A DNA stretch of 64,000 bases from Bdellovibrionales bacterium (GCA_041690295.1 JAWLHR010000006.1:32001-96000), one strand, 5' to 3'. Numbered from the stretch's first letter, positions 1 to 10,228 are shown. Program-made: numbers and translations. The notes: a model not told the origin generated them from the sequence alone.

Positions 1-3000
1 GTAGGACTTAACATTAACCATTCGCCGTCCTGATAACCTTCGAAATGGGCGGTGGTGGTGTTGTAGCGGATCATACCGTTCGTGCCGCTGGGGCGATTCG
101 CTGTCGTGTCGCGCGGAACCAGCATGGCGCTCTGGGATCCGGTGCCATTGATATCCAAAATGGCGCCGGAGTTGGGGTTGTTGGTACCAATGCCCACGCG
201 ACCTTCTTGGGTGATGCGCATGCGCTCTTGCTCTTCCGTGGGACCGACGCCGGCACCGTCTTTACCGGTTCCGAAAATTAAATGGGCGCTACCGCTACCG
301 TTAACTTTGCGTTCGGCGCCGATATATGCGGAAACCCCGTCCTGTGTGGTATCGGAGAATGTCGCGAAGCGGATGCGAGCCGAGCTTCCGTTCGCGGTTG
401 AATTACTTTGAACCGTGATCGGATAAAAAACGTTGTTATAGGTGGCGGTGGGCTGTCTAACATGCAGTGGATCCCACGGAGTCACATTGATACCGACTCG
501 CCCGTTATCGTCGATCTTAATTCCCTCATTGCCGCCGTCATTACTGAGCCAGTTACCATTCAACTGAATGTTCGTTGTGGCTTTATGATCACCTAGGTTA
601 TCTCCACCGCTGCTGACCATGTCGACCCAAGCGCTGTTTTGATAGACTTCGAATTTATTTGAATCCGTATTGTAACGGATCATACCATTCACACCACTCG
701 GGCGGTTGGCTTGCGTGTCGCGGGGAACAATTATCGCGCTAGCATCGCCTGTACCAACGATATCAAGGCGGGCGGCCGGAGTGGTCGTTCCGATACCGAC
801 ATTTCCACTCACGTCGATCCGCATTTGTTCCACGTCATCAGCCGTGACAAAAGCTAATTGCCCCTGGCCGCTCGTACTGGTGGTTCCCACCTTTAAAACT
901 CTCGGAAAGTCTGGGTGGCTCGAGCCGTGCATTCTCAATACTCCGCGGTTCGTGAGCGCTTCCGCAATGACTTCCACAGCCGCCGAGTTACTGGTTGATG
1001 TCAGACGCTGGTTGATGGATCCCGACCCCACAATATGAAGCCGATTGGATCCTGTCATCGAAGTCGTTCCAATACCTACCCTCCCTTCGTCGTCGACTCG
1101 TAAGCGTTCCGTACCCGCGGTTGAAAAGGCGAGTACATTCGATGCAGGCAGATAAACTCCCGTCGTCTGATCGTTGGCAAATGTAATACTAGGCGAAGCA
1201 GCGCTGCCATCGATGGCTTTGAATGTGCCCGTCATAGCCACGGAACCATCCTTAAAGAAGTCGCCATCACCCGAGCTAACCATGTTCGTCCATTGGCCGT
1301 CTTCGTAAACTTCAAACTTCGCCAAAGACGTGTTGTAACGGATCATACCGTCAACCGCATTGGTTGGGCGGCTTGAGGTGTCCGCGCGGGGAACGAGAAG
1401 TGAACTGGTGTCCGATGTCGTGCCCCAAAGGTCAAGTAACGCACCCGGAGTCACACTTGATGTCCCCAAAGCGAGGGTTCCGTTAGCACCAAGTTGAGGA
1501 ATCTTATTCGCGGTGATACCGACATCAACGGAAATTGTCTTTTCACTTCCCGCACCGGCGATAACGATTCCCGTACCGGCGACAAGGTCGAGAGACGCAT
1601 CATCAGCCGGTAACCAGGCGCTGCCATTCCACTTGAGCACTTGTTGATTAGTCGCACCGGTTTGAGTAAGCGCTGTTGTCGGAATCGCAATCGTCTCTTC
1701 ACTGGCCGCGGTTAAGCGACCTTGAGCGTCGACCGTGAACTTCGCAACAGCCGTGGCGGAGCCGTACGACTGCGCGGTCACACCTGTGTCGTCTAGATCA
1801 ATTGTGACAGCACCGGAAGTGCCGCCACCGGTAAGACCTGTACCGGCCGCGACTTCCGTAATCGTGCCACCGCCATTGTCATCATCCGCGCAAAGCCAGG
1901 CGGAGCCATTCCACTTTAAGATTTGTTGATTGCTACAAGCCACGTTGTTCGGAGCATAAGTGAAATACTTGCCAGCGGCTGAGCCAATATCACTTACATC
2001 CAAAGTCACAGCACCCGTTCGGCCAGCGACTGAAGTCACCGGAGCTGAAGGAACCGGGCGAGGTTCCCAAGCGTTTGCTGATTGATTCCACATTAAAACT
2101 TCGGTGTCGTTCGGAGCTGTTGAGGCAATGTCACGACCTTGAAGTTTGGTCGCATCAGTCGAGTCATTATCATCACCGGGCAACCAAGAACTGCCATTCC
2201 ATTTGAGCACTTGCCCGTTTGAAGCACTCGTTTGAGTGAGGGCCGTCGTGGGAATGGCAATCGTCTCGTTGCTGGCCGCGGTTAAGCGACCTTGAGCGTC
2301 GACCGTGAACTTCGCAACTGAAGTGGCAGAGCCGTAGGACTGAGCGGTCACACCTGTTGTATCGAGGTGCAATGTGACAACACCTGAAGTTCCACCACCG
2401 GTAAGACCTGTTCCGGCCACCACTTCTTCAATGTCGCCAGAGTTACCAGGCGGCAAGGGCCGGGGTTCCCATTGGCTTGTCGTTCCATTCCACGTCAAAA
2501 CGTCCGAAGAATTCGGAGCCGTGGACGCGATATCGCGGGATTGGAGTTTGGTCGCATCAGTTGAATCATTGTCATCGGCTGGCAACCAACCACTACCATT
2601 CCATTTCAACACTTGCCCATTGTTAGCACCGGTTTGAGTGATCGCTGTCGAGGGAATGGCAATCGTTTCTTCACTGGCCGCGGTTAAGCGACCTTGAGCG
2701 TCGACCGTGAATTTAGCGACAGCCGTGGCGGAGCCGTACGACTGCGCGGTCACACCTGTATTGTCCAGATCAATTGTGACAGCACCTGATGTTCCGCCAC
2801 CGGTAAGTCCTGTGCCGGCTGCGACTTCAGTGATCGTGCCACCGCCATCATCGTCGTCCGCGCAAAGCCATGCGGAGCCATTCCACTTCAATATTTGTTG
2901 ATTGCCGCAGGCCACATTGTTCGGAGCATAAGTGAAGTATTTGCCAGCGGCTGAGTTAATATCACCCACGTCCAAAGTCACCGCACCGGTTCGGCCTGCA

Positions 3001-6000
3001 ACGGATGTCACCGGAGCTGAAGGCACTGGTCTGGGTTCCCAAGCATTCGCTGATTGATTCCACATCAAGACTTCGGTGTCGTTCGGAGCTGTTGAGGCAA
3101 TGTCACGACCTTGAAGTTTGGTCGCGTCGGTTGAGTCATTATCATCACCGGGCAACCAGGCACTGCCATTCCATTTGAGCACTTGTTGATTAGTCGCACC
3201 GGTTTGAGTGATCGCTGTCGAGGGAATGGAGATCGCCACCGACTCGGCATCAATCAATCGGCCTTGAGCATCGACTTCAAATGTGGCCACTTCGGATGAA
3301 GAACCATAGGTGCCAGCCGTCACAGTTGTATCGTCCAGATCAATCGTGACAGCACCGGATGTGCCGCCACCGGTAAGGCCGGTACCGGCTGCCACTTCAG
3401 TGATCGTGCCACCGCCATCATCGTCGTCCGCGCAAAGCCATGCGGAGCCATTCCACTTTAAGATTTGTTGATTGCCGCAAATCACGTTATTAGGTGCATA
3501 AGTGAAGTACTTACCGGCGGCTGAGCCAATATCACTTACATCCAAAGTCACAGCACCCGTTCGGCCCGCAACGGATGTCACCGGAGCTGAAGGCACTGGT
3601 CTGGGTTCCCAAGCGTTCGCTGATTGATTCCACATTAAAACTTCGGTGTCGTTCGGAGCTGTGGCGGCAATGTCACGACCTTGAAGCTTGGTCGCATCGG
3701 TTGAGTCATTGTCGTCGGCCGGCAACCAGGCACTGCCATTCCACTTGAGCACTTGTTGATTAGTCGCACCGGTTTGAGTGAGTGCTGTTGTCGGAATCGC
3801 AATCGTCTCTTCACTGGCCGCGGTTAAACGACCTTGGGCATCCACCGTGAATTTAGCGACAGCCGTGGCTGAACCATACGACTGCGCGGTCACACCTGTT
3901 GTATCGAGGTGCAATGTGACAACACCAGATGCTCCACCACCGGTAAGTCCTGTTCCGGCCACAACTTCTTCAATGTCGCCAGAGTTACCAGGCGGCAAGG
4001 GCCGGGGTTCCCATTTGCTTGTCGTTCCATTCCACGTCAAAACGTCCGAAGAATTCGGAGCCGTGGACGCGATATCACGGGATTGGAGTTTGGTCGCGTC
4101 GGTCGAGTCATTATCATCAGCCGGCAACCAGGCACTGCCATTCCATTTGAGCACTTGTTGATTAGTCGCACCGGTTTGAGTGATCGCTGTCGAGGGAATG
4201 GAGATCGCCACCGACTCGGCATCAATCAATCGGCCTTGAGCATCGACTTCAAATGTGGCCACTTCGGATGAAGAACCATAGGTGCCAGCCGTCACAGTTG
4301 TATCGTCCAGATCAATCGTGACAGCACCGGATGTGCCGCCACCGGTAAGACCTGTGCCAGCCGCCACTTCTGTAATGTCGCCGCCAGCATTCTCATCGGC
4401 AGCGCAGTGCCAGCCAGATCCGTTCCACTTCAAAATCTCCTGGTTACCGCACGCCACGTTGTTCGGAGCATAAGTAAAGTACTTGCCTGCGGCGGAGCCA
4501 ATATCACCCACATCCAAGGTCACAGCACCAGTTTTACCTGCAACTGAAGACACCGGCGCTGAAGGCACCGGTTGCGGCTCCCAAGCGTTCGCTGATTGAT
4601 TCCACATTAAGACTTCGGTGTCGTTCGGAGCTGTTGAGGCAATGTCACGACCTTGAAGTTTTGTCGCATCCGTCGAATCATTATCGTCAGCCGGCAACCA
4701 AGCACTGCCATTCCACTTGAGCACTTGTTGATTAGTCGCACCGGTTTGAGTGAGGGCCGTCGTCGGAATCGCAATCGTTTCTTCACTGGCCGCGGTTAAA
4801 CGACCTTGAGCATCAACGGTGAATTTTGCCACAGCTGTGGAGGAACCATAGGTGCCAGCCGTCACGGTTGTATCGTCCAAATTAATTGTGACAGCACCGG
4901 ATGTTCCGCCACCAGAAAGTCCTGTTCCGGCGACCACTTCGGTGATCGTACCACCGCCGTTATCGTCAGCGGCGCAGTGCCAGCCAGATCCGTTCCACTT
5001 GAGCACTTCCTGATTACCGCAGGCCACGTTGTTCGGAGCATAAGTGAAATACTTGCCAGCGGCTGAACCAATATCACCCACATCCAAAGTCACCGCACCG
5101 GTTTTACCGGCCACTGATGTAACAGGAAAATTGATCGCCACGTCTTGAGCAAAGGTCACAACCCCTTGGGCATCCACACCGAACTGACCCACACTTGTGG
5201 TGCTTCCGTAAACTCCGGCGGTGACGCCAGATGCGCCCATCGCCGTGGGAACTGTCACACATTCCCAACCATCCGCGCCCCAACGAAGAATCTCGTTCAA
5301 GGCGCAGGTCTTAAATTTCAAAGTCTCACCCGTCGAACTGTCGCTGATGACCAGACGATTTTTGCCCATACCAGCTTGGTCCACGGTGCGGGCACTGATC
5401 GCATTGTCCGCGATCTTTGGCTCAGTGACCGCTTCATCATCAATCTTTGCCGTGGTCACGGCCTCATTGGCGATCGTGGGATTGGGATAAGTACCGGTTA
5501 AATCACCACCTGCGGCCCCACCGGCATCAAAGCCCACGTAAGCCGTACCGTTCCACAAACGAACTGTATTCAAATCCGTATTATAGAAAATCGATCCCGC
5601 ATGAGCTGCGCCCAAGCCACCTTCTTGAGCCGTCGTGAATCGACCAAGCGTCAAGTAGCGCTGATTATCCATGGTGATATGGCCAGCTAACTCGATGTTG
5701 TTTCCGCCCATGGTGATCGGACCCTGCATCGTACCGCCGGCGAGAGGCAGCTTGGTGTTATCGACAGCTGAAGGCACTCCAGTGGTCCATCGGTCATTGG
5801 CCGCATCCCAGATGAGCGTGTGGCCATCGTTCGTACCGGCGCCCACACCGGATAAATCGGCCGACTTATCACCCACATGGGAGTCCACCCAACCTCGGTT
5901 CACTGCATCAGTCGCCGAAGTGGGGCTTCCCACATTCGAGATCACTTGGCCGTTAAACGAATAAGGCGCGTTGAAGGTGTTATTCAGTAAGTTTTGTAAC

Positions 6001-6611
6001 TTGGGATAATTGGTCGCCGAGAATACGTCTTCCACATTGGCTTGGTTCAATTCCGTTCCGGCATCATCTTTGACCTGGATAAAATCCGCCGCCTCTTTGC
6101 CTTGCAATCGATCCGCATAAAGCGCGTATGCCGCTGATGTAATCGGCACATTGGGTGTCAATGCGGTCATGCCGGAACCTAAGTCGTAGGACACGCGAAT
6201 CTTACGTAACGATCCGCTGGCCAGAGTCACACCAGCCGGGCAACCGGTAAAACCACCTGTGGCCACTCCGGAGTTTTCGAAAATCTTCCAGCTCAGATCA
6301 TTCGGGCTGCCGGCATCGAGATGATTCTGGCGCGAGTTGCCCTCACCAATGACCAAGGAGAATCCGCCCTTTGAGCCGGACAAATCCGCCGTGTGCATCT
6401 CGCTATAGAGAACGCATGTCTCATCCGCATCCAAAATTTCGATTTTAAAGTCCACGGAACTCTGGACGATGGCCGCACCAGAGGCGTTATAAAGAACGCC
6501 ACTCACGTTTAATTTTACAGGAGCACCTTGGGCATGGGCGATCGCCGGTAGGGCCAATAGGCCGCACCAGAGAAGTCGAACAAGATGCAATTTAAAATGG
6601 CTGTGTTCCAT
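1..6611 (-). CDS. Giant secreted fibre/adhesin (Bdellovibrio MAT / phage tail-fibre-like), 3' end outside window, >=2203 codons
   Basis: Absent from the ORF track because it has no stop in the window. ATG at 6611 after an AGAGGA RBS; signal peptide MEHSHFKLHLVRLLWCGLLALPAIAHAQ; same frame at the window edge (NGMIRYNTTTAHFEGYQDGEW). Fibre motifs (VLKWNGSAW, VDAQGRLTAA, GIGT) and strong similarity to 48952..54531. Confidence 0.9.
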   Translation of the reverse strand, partial: MEHSHFKLHLVRLLWCGLLALPAIAHAQGAPVKLNVSGVLYNASGAAIVQSSVDFKIEILDADETCVLYSEMHTADLSGSKGGFSLVIGEGNSRQNHLDAGSPNDLSWKIFENSGVATGGFTGCPAGVTLASGSLRKIRVSYDLGSGMTALTPNVPITSAAYALYADRLQGKEAADFIQVKDDAGTELNQANVEDVFSATNYPKLQNLLNNTFNAPYSFNGQVISNVGSPTSATDAVNRGWVDSHVGDKSADLSGVGAGTNDGHTLIWDAANDRWTTGVPSAVDNTKLPLAGGTMQGPITMGGNNIELAGHITMDNQRYLTLGRFTTAQEGGLGAAHAGSIFYNTDLNTVRLWNGTAYVGFDAGGAAGGDLTGTYPNPTIANEAVTTAKIDDEAVTEPKIADNAISARTVDQAGMGKNRLVISDSSTGETLKFKTCALNEILRWGADGWECVTVPTAMGASGVTAGVYGSTTSVGQFGVDAQGVVTFAQDVAINFPVTSVAGKTGAVTLDVGDIGSAAGKYFTYAPNNVACGNQEVLKWNGSGWHCAADDNGGGTITEVVAGTGLSGGGTSGAVTINLDDTTVTAGTYGSSTAVAKFTVDAQGRLTAASEETIAIPTTALTQTGATNQQVLKWNGSAWLPADDNDSTDATKLQGRDIASTAPNDTEVLMWNQSANAWEPQPVPSAPVSSVAGKTGAVTLDVGDIGSAAGKYFTYAPNNVACGNQEILKWNGSGWHCAADENAGGDITEVAAGTGLTGGGTSGAVTIDLDDTTVTAGTYGSSSEVATFEVDAQGRLIDAESVAISIPSTAITQTGATNQQVLKWNGSAWLPADDNDSTDATKLQSRDIASTAPNSSDVLTWNGTTSKWEPRPLPPGNSGDIEEVVAGTGLTGGGASGVVTLHLDTTGVTAQSYGSATAVAKFTVDAQGRLTAASEETIAIPTTALTQTGATNQQVLKWNGSAWLPADDNDSTDATKLQGRDIAATAPNDTEVLMWNQSANAWEPRPVPSAPVTSVAGRTGAVTLDVSDIGSAAGKYFTYAPNNVICGNQQILKWNGSAWLCADDDDGGGTITEVAAGTGLTGGGTSGAVTIDLDDTTVTAGTYGSSSEVATFEVDAQGRLIDAESVAISIPSTAITQTGATNQQVLKWNGSAWLPGDDNDSTDATKLQGRDIASTAPNDTEVLMWNQSANAWEPRPVPSAPVTSVAGRTGAVTLDVGDINSAAGKYFTYAPNNVACGNQQILKWNGSAWLCADDDDGGGTITEVAAGTGLTGGGTSGAVTIDLDNTGVTAQSYGSATAVAKFTVDAQGRLTAASEETIAIPSTAITQTGANNGQVLKWNGSGWLPADDNDSTDATKLQSRDIASTAPNSSDVLTWNGTTSQWEPRPLPPGNSGDIEEVVAGTGLTGGGTSGVVTLHLDTTGVTAQSYGSATSVAKFTVDAQGRLTAASNETIAIPTTALTQTSASNGQVLKWNGSSWLPGDDNDSTDATKLQGRDIASTAPNDTEVLMWNQSANAWEPRPVPSAPVTSVAGRTGAVTLDVSDIGSAAGKYFTYAPNNVACSNQQILKWNGSAWLCADDDNGGGTITEVAAGTGLTGGGTSGAVTIDLDDTGVTAQSYGSATAVAKFTVDAQGRLTAASEETIAIPTTALTQTGATNQQVLKWNGSAWLPADDASLDLVAGTGIVIAGAGSEKTISVDVGITANKIPQLGANGTLALGTSSVTPGALLDLWGTTSDTSSLLVPRADTSSRPTNAVDGMIRYNTSLAKFEVYEDGQWTNMVSSGDGDFFKDGSVAMTGTFKAIDGSAASPSITFANDQTTGVYLPASNVLAFSTAGTERLRVDDEGRVGIGTTSMTGSNRLHIVGSGSINQRLTSTSNSAAVEVIAEALTNRGVLRMHGSSHPDFPRVLKVGTTSTSGQGQLAFVTADDVEQMRIDVSGNVGIGTTTPAARLDIVGTGDASAIIVPRDTQANRPSGVNGMIRYNTDSNKFEVYQNSAWVDMVSSGGDNLGDHKATTNIQLNGNWLSNDGGNEGIKIDDNGRVGINVTPWDPLHVRQPTATYNNVFYPITVQSNSTANGSSARIRFATFSDTTQDGVSAYIGAERKVNGSGSAHLIFGTGKDGAGVGPTEEQERMRITQEGRVGIGTNNPNSGAILDINGTGSQSAMLVPRDTTANRPSGTNGMIRYNTTTAHFEGYQDGEWLMLSP
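1600..5130 (-). repeat. Intragenic tandem repeat array of 570-bp (190 aa) and 402-bp (134 aa) modules
   Basis: Anchor CT(G/A)CCATTCC at 1621, 2191, 2593, 3163, 3733, 4135, 4705 (spacings 570, 402, 570, 570, 402, 570). Confidence 0.92.
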
Positions 6612-6650
6612 TTACGTTCCTCTTTACAGCCAGACGCCTGACCAGAACTT

Positions 6651-6677
6651 TTATCGGCAGAGTTTAACGGTTGCTAA
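6651..6677 (-). promoter_or_regulatory. sigma28 (FliA)-like promoter of the fibre gene
   Basis: Minus strand TTAG-N15-GCCGATAA, 40 nt upstream of the ATG; perfect -10 box and canonical spacing. Confidence 0.6.
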
Positions 6678-6916
6678 ACAGGTAACTTGGGGAAACTGGG
6701 CACTAATTTTAGATAATTCACGTGGGAAATATCTCGTAGGTAGATGTGTGTTTCAGATTGAGAAGAGTCACAAAAGTCTTCTCAGATTGAAATGTTCAAC
6801 TTTTATCGAAGAGTCAGGGTTATCTACGTCAATAAATGCTCAGTTCGATTCTATTCGCGATCCGTTAATTGGCATCCTTTGCAATGTTAAAGAACGGACA
6901 TTCGGGGGAGTCTACT

Positions 6917-7582
6917 ATGAGCATAAACAAACTTAGCATTTCATTGGCGACGGTTGTGGCCGTTGTGATTTGCTTTCAGAATTGCCAAAACGCCAAAATG
7001 GCGACCAACGGCGCCTCTTTAACTTTGGTTGATGATGCCGGTATCCAGAATCCCCTTGATAACAATAATCCACCGACAACACCCAATCCAACACCGGCGC
7101 CGACGCCCGCTCCCTCGCCTGATCCATCTCCCACTCCAAGTCCGACGCCGGCACCCACTCCAGCGCCCACTCCCACTCCAACTCCGTATCCTCACCCTGA
7201 GGATGACGGTGACCAAGATGACAATCACCATGGTGACGATTGTCGCGATCCGAAAGGTCATGAGAGAGAGGATCGCGAATACGTTTGCCAAATCAGCGGT
7301 CCTGGAAAATCCACTTACGTGGGCCTTGATAAGCACGGTGATGATCTTGAACGCCGTCACGAGGGGAAAAAGATGCTTTGCATGACCCGTATGGCTTGCG
7401 AAGTGATCGCGGCTCAAGCCTTTCCTGGGGCGCGCGCCGAAAAGCGGGGCTTCTGTACAAACCACGGCAATAAGAATGTTCAACACATCAGCGAGAAGCG
7501 CATGCAGGACCTCGTGGAGGAGTACATAAGCGAGAATCCGAACGGATCTCCATCAGGTCACAATTTCGGTAATCCAAATTAA
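6917..7582 (+). CDS. Putative lipoprotein (FQNC motif) with a Pro/Thr-rich linker and a Cys-containing C-terminal domain
   Basis: GGGGAG RBS before ATG 6917; hydrophobic stretch ending in FQNC; (PT/PA/PS)n tract; four Cys in the C-terminal domain. Confidence 0.75.
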   Translation: MSINKLSISLATVVAVVICFQNCQNAKMATNGASLTLVDDAGIQNPLDNNNPPTTPNPTPAPTPAPSPDPSPTPSPTPAPTPAPTPTPTPYPHPEDDGDQDDNHHGDDCRDPKGHEREDREYVCQISGPGKSTYVGLDKHGDDLERRHEGKKMLCMTRMACEVIAAQAFPGARAEKRGFCTNHGNKNVQHISEKRMQDLVEEYISENPNGSPSGHNFGNPN

Positions 7583-7666
7583 GTGAAACCGGTTTTCAAG
7601 ACGTATTGATGGCGTCTGACCGGGCTTGCGCGTGACAATCATTCGTCATTCATTCAGAATGCCCTC

Positions 7667-9172
7667 ATGAGCGACTTTCAAAAGGGGAATCGCGTCCATC
7701 GCATTTTAAATCCGTGCGATGGGCTGCAGGCGAGACTGGAGTTGCGGAAGGCGGAACAATCCGGTGCCCGGCAAGTCTTAATGTCCCAAGAAATCTGGCA
7801 AGGGTTTTCTTGGCCAAGCCTGGGACGGTTTGAATGGTTGGTGGAAGTGCCCTGGGATCGGCGCCACCTCACTCATATTAAGTCGCCTCCAAGCCGTATT
7901 GTCCTGGTGATTCAGGGGCACGAAATATCGTTGCGGGAAACCGGTGATTTACAAAAGTGGCCGCCCCAAAGGTTCGACATCCTCGTTCGACCCGATCGCA
8001 GGGTTAATTTTCGCCGTTTGCTTGATCTTCTGCCGTCGTTGATTGAGCGACCGATTTATTTCGAATTTCTTCCGTGGTCGCAAAGCCGGCCGGAACGGAT
8101 GACCGTTGGCGAAGTCCGAAGCTTTCTAGCCTTGGCGGCGCGCCATCGTCCCGATTTAAGAATTCAGCCTTTTCCGGGATTAGAGGTCACTGATGACCGT
8201 ATTGACCCGTCTTTGGATTTAGAACCGATTGTTGATCCTGTAATTGAAACGCGGCCATCGGGTGGATCACCTTTGATTTCCGTCATCATTCCTTCTTTCA
8301 ATAATCGTCCGTTTTTGACGAATGTGATGAGGCACCTTATTCGGCAGGAGTTTTCGAGAACGGATTACGAAATCATCGTCGTGGATGACGGCAGCACGGA
8401 TGGCACCGAAGACGCCATGAGAAGATTTTTCGTCGACCAGTCTAATTTCGCCTACATCAGCCTGCCGCGGCCGCGGGCTCGTGAGCGCGGCGATGATCAG
8501 TTTCGAGCCGGTATCGCCCGCAATGTGGGAGCCGCTCACGCCCGTGGATCTCATCTTCTTTTTCTTGATTCCGATATCATCGTTGGCTCGACTTTTCTTT
8601 CCCGTATGGCTCGTGCCTTGAACGACGGCGATGTCGTACAATGTGAACGGCATCACATTCCGGCGGAGCTTTCCAATGAAAACACGGACTACGACAAAAT
8701 TCGCATAGGTCCTGAGACTTATATTGAAAATCCCAGCTATCGCCGCCCATTTTACCGCACTGACGATTGGCACTTACTGCCTTATTTCTGGAAGTACACC
8801 TGTACCTACTGTCTCATGGTTTCAAAAGCGGATTTTTACTCGGTCGGCCGGTTCAAACGTTGTTTCACGACTTATGGATTTGAAGATGTCGACTTGGGTT
8901 ATGAACTCGCGAAGCGGGGGAAAAAGTTCAAGCTCTTACACGAGAAAGTTCTTCATTTGACCCCAACCCAAGAAAAGTCCGAATACCGCCATTCCGCGCT
9001 GATCCGCGATCGACTTCTGTCAAAAACCGCGAAAACGTTTTTTCTGCAGCATCTGGATCCGGAGATCTACGATCATTTTGAAGTTTATATGCGAGAAAGC
9101 GGCTGGAGCCGGAATGCTCTACGGATTCAGAGAGGGCTTCGGCACTTCCTTGAAGCGGTTCAACTCTCTTGA
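7667..9172 (+). CDS. GT2 glycosyltransferase with ~200-aa unknown N-terminal extension
   Basis: ISVIIPSFN, IIVVDDGSTDGT, ARNVG, FLDSD, GFEDVDLG motifs. Confidence 0.88.
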   Translation: MSDFQKGNRVHRILNPCDGLQARLELRKAEQSGARQVLMSQEIWQGFSWPSLGRFEWLVEVPWDRRHLTHIKSPPSRIVLVIQGHEISLRETGDLQKWPPQRFDILVRPDRRVNFRRLLDLLPSLIERPIYFEFLPWSQSRPERMTVGEVRSFLALAARHRPDLRIQPFPGLEVTDDRIDPSLDLEPIVDPVIETRPSGGSPLISVIIPSFNNRPFLTNVMRHLIRQEFSRTDYEIIVVDDGSTDGTEDAMRRFFVDQSNFAYISLPRPRARERGDDQFRAGIARNVGAAHARGSHLLFLDSDIIVGSTFLSRMARALNDGDVVQCERHHIPAELSNENTDYDKIRIGPETYIENPSYRRPFYRTDDWHLLPYFWKYTCTYCLMVSKADFYSVGRFKRCFTTYGFEDVDLGYELAKRGKKFKLLHEKVLHLTPTQEKSEYRHSALIRDRLLSKTAKTFFLQHLDPEIYDHFEVYMRESGWSRNALRIQRGLRHFLEAVQLS

Positions 9173-10228
9173 AATATAATCGAGCTCTTCCGTCATCAGG
9201 CCTGGAAAGAGCGGCAAAGAAAGGGCGGATAAAGAAATTCGTCGCGCGTTCGGGAATTCGCCCGTTTGGTATTTGTTCACTAAGTCCGGAAGCAAGTAAT
9301 CATAGTGGCGCTGAGTTTCGATTCCAGCGTCTTTCAGTTGGGACTCAAGCCGGTCTCGATCGTCAGATAGAATGACGAATTTGCTCCAAGTTGAATGTTT
9401 CTCTTCCAATTCGGGCAGGACGTACATGAGGCCGATCCGATCGCAAATGTTTCGATACCGGCTGACGATATTCGCGCGCGAGGATTGAAGTTCACCATGA
9501 CGGTTGAGATTTTTCATGAGCCCCAAGGCCAAAATCTCATTGGGCTTGGAGTTTAGGCCGCGTCCGAGAAAATGATGGCCTTTAACCCGGCCCTGCGAAC
9601 GAATGGCGCGAATTCTTTCGTGCAAGGCTCGGTCCGCGGTCGCGGTGGCTCCACAAGTTCCGAAGGTATAGATGGTTTTTGTGGGATCAAAACTGTAACA
9701 GCGAATCGAATTGATTTCCGGCGGAGCGCTGGGTGAACACCACTGGGCGCAATCCTCGATGAGGGTCAAACCATAGGTCTTCGCCAGTTGAGCCATCGTT
9801 TTGAGACAAAAAGGATGACCGTAAAGGTGAACACCGATCACAACGCGCGCGTCGGAATGGGTCCGCAAAATCTGTTCTAGGTGAGCCCAATTAAATCCGC
9901 TTCCGTTTTCGCCGGTGTCCGCGAAGACGGGGATCGCGCCGATCGTTGTAACCGCGTTCAAGGTGGCGGCGAATGAGAGCGCCGGAAGGACAACGCGATC
10001 GCCAGGTCGAACGCCAACGGCTAATAGGGCGATCTTCAAGGCGTCCGTGCATGAATTGGTCAATGCGACATAGGGGAGCTTTAAGAAATCCGCCAGCATT
10101 TCCTCGGCCGCTACCACATTCGATCCGAGAATGTATCGGCCGCTTTTTAAGATGAAATTGATCTCGTCACCGCCGACTTGCAGTGGAACTCTCGTGAGAT
10201 CAAGAAAAGGTACTTTTATGCCATTCAT
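9119..10228 (-). CDS. DegT/DnrJ/EryC1/StrS PLP-dependent sugar aminotransferase
   Basis: SCTDAL, VHLYG, IEDCAQ, SFDPTK (PLP Lys), LSLPLFP. Confidence 0.9.
   Translation of the reverse strand: MNGIKVPFLDLTRVPLQVGGDEINFILKSGRYILGSNVVAAEEMLADFLKLPYVALTNSCTDALKIALLAVGVRPGDRVVLPALSFAATLNAVTTIGAIPVFADTGENGSGFNWAHLEQILRTHSDARVVIGVHLYGHPFCLKTMAQLAKTYGLTLIEDCAQWCSPSAPPEINSIRCYSFDPTKTIYTFGTCGATATADRALHERIRAIRSQGRVKGHHFLGRGLNSKPNEILALGLMKNLNRHGELQSSRANIVSRYRNICDRIGLMYVLPELEEKHSTWSKFVILSDDRDRLESQLKDAGIETQRHYDYLLPDLVNKYQTGEFPNARRISLSALSLPLFPGLMTEELDYISRELNRFKEVPKPSLNP

Noticed and set aside
1600..5130. Repeats as a CRISPR array or DGR template/variable pair
   Set aside because: Units are in-frame coding modules of 402-570 bp; no unique spacers, cas genes, reverse transcriptase or adenine-specific variation noticed.
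45..6502. Many short ORF-track entries with repeated sequences
   Set aside because: Antisense or alternate-frame shadows of the giant minus-strand fibre gene.
6869..6884. sigma54 promoter TGGCATCCTTTGC
   Set aside because: GG-GC spacing is 8 rather than the required 10.
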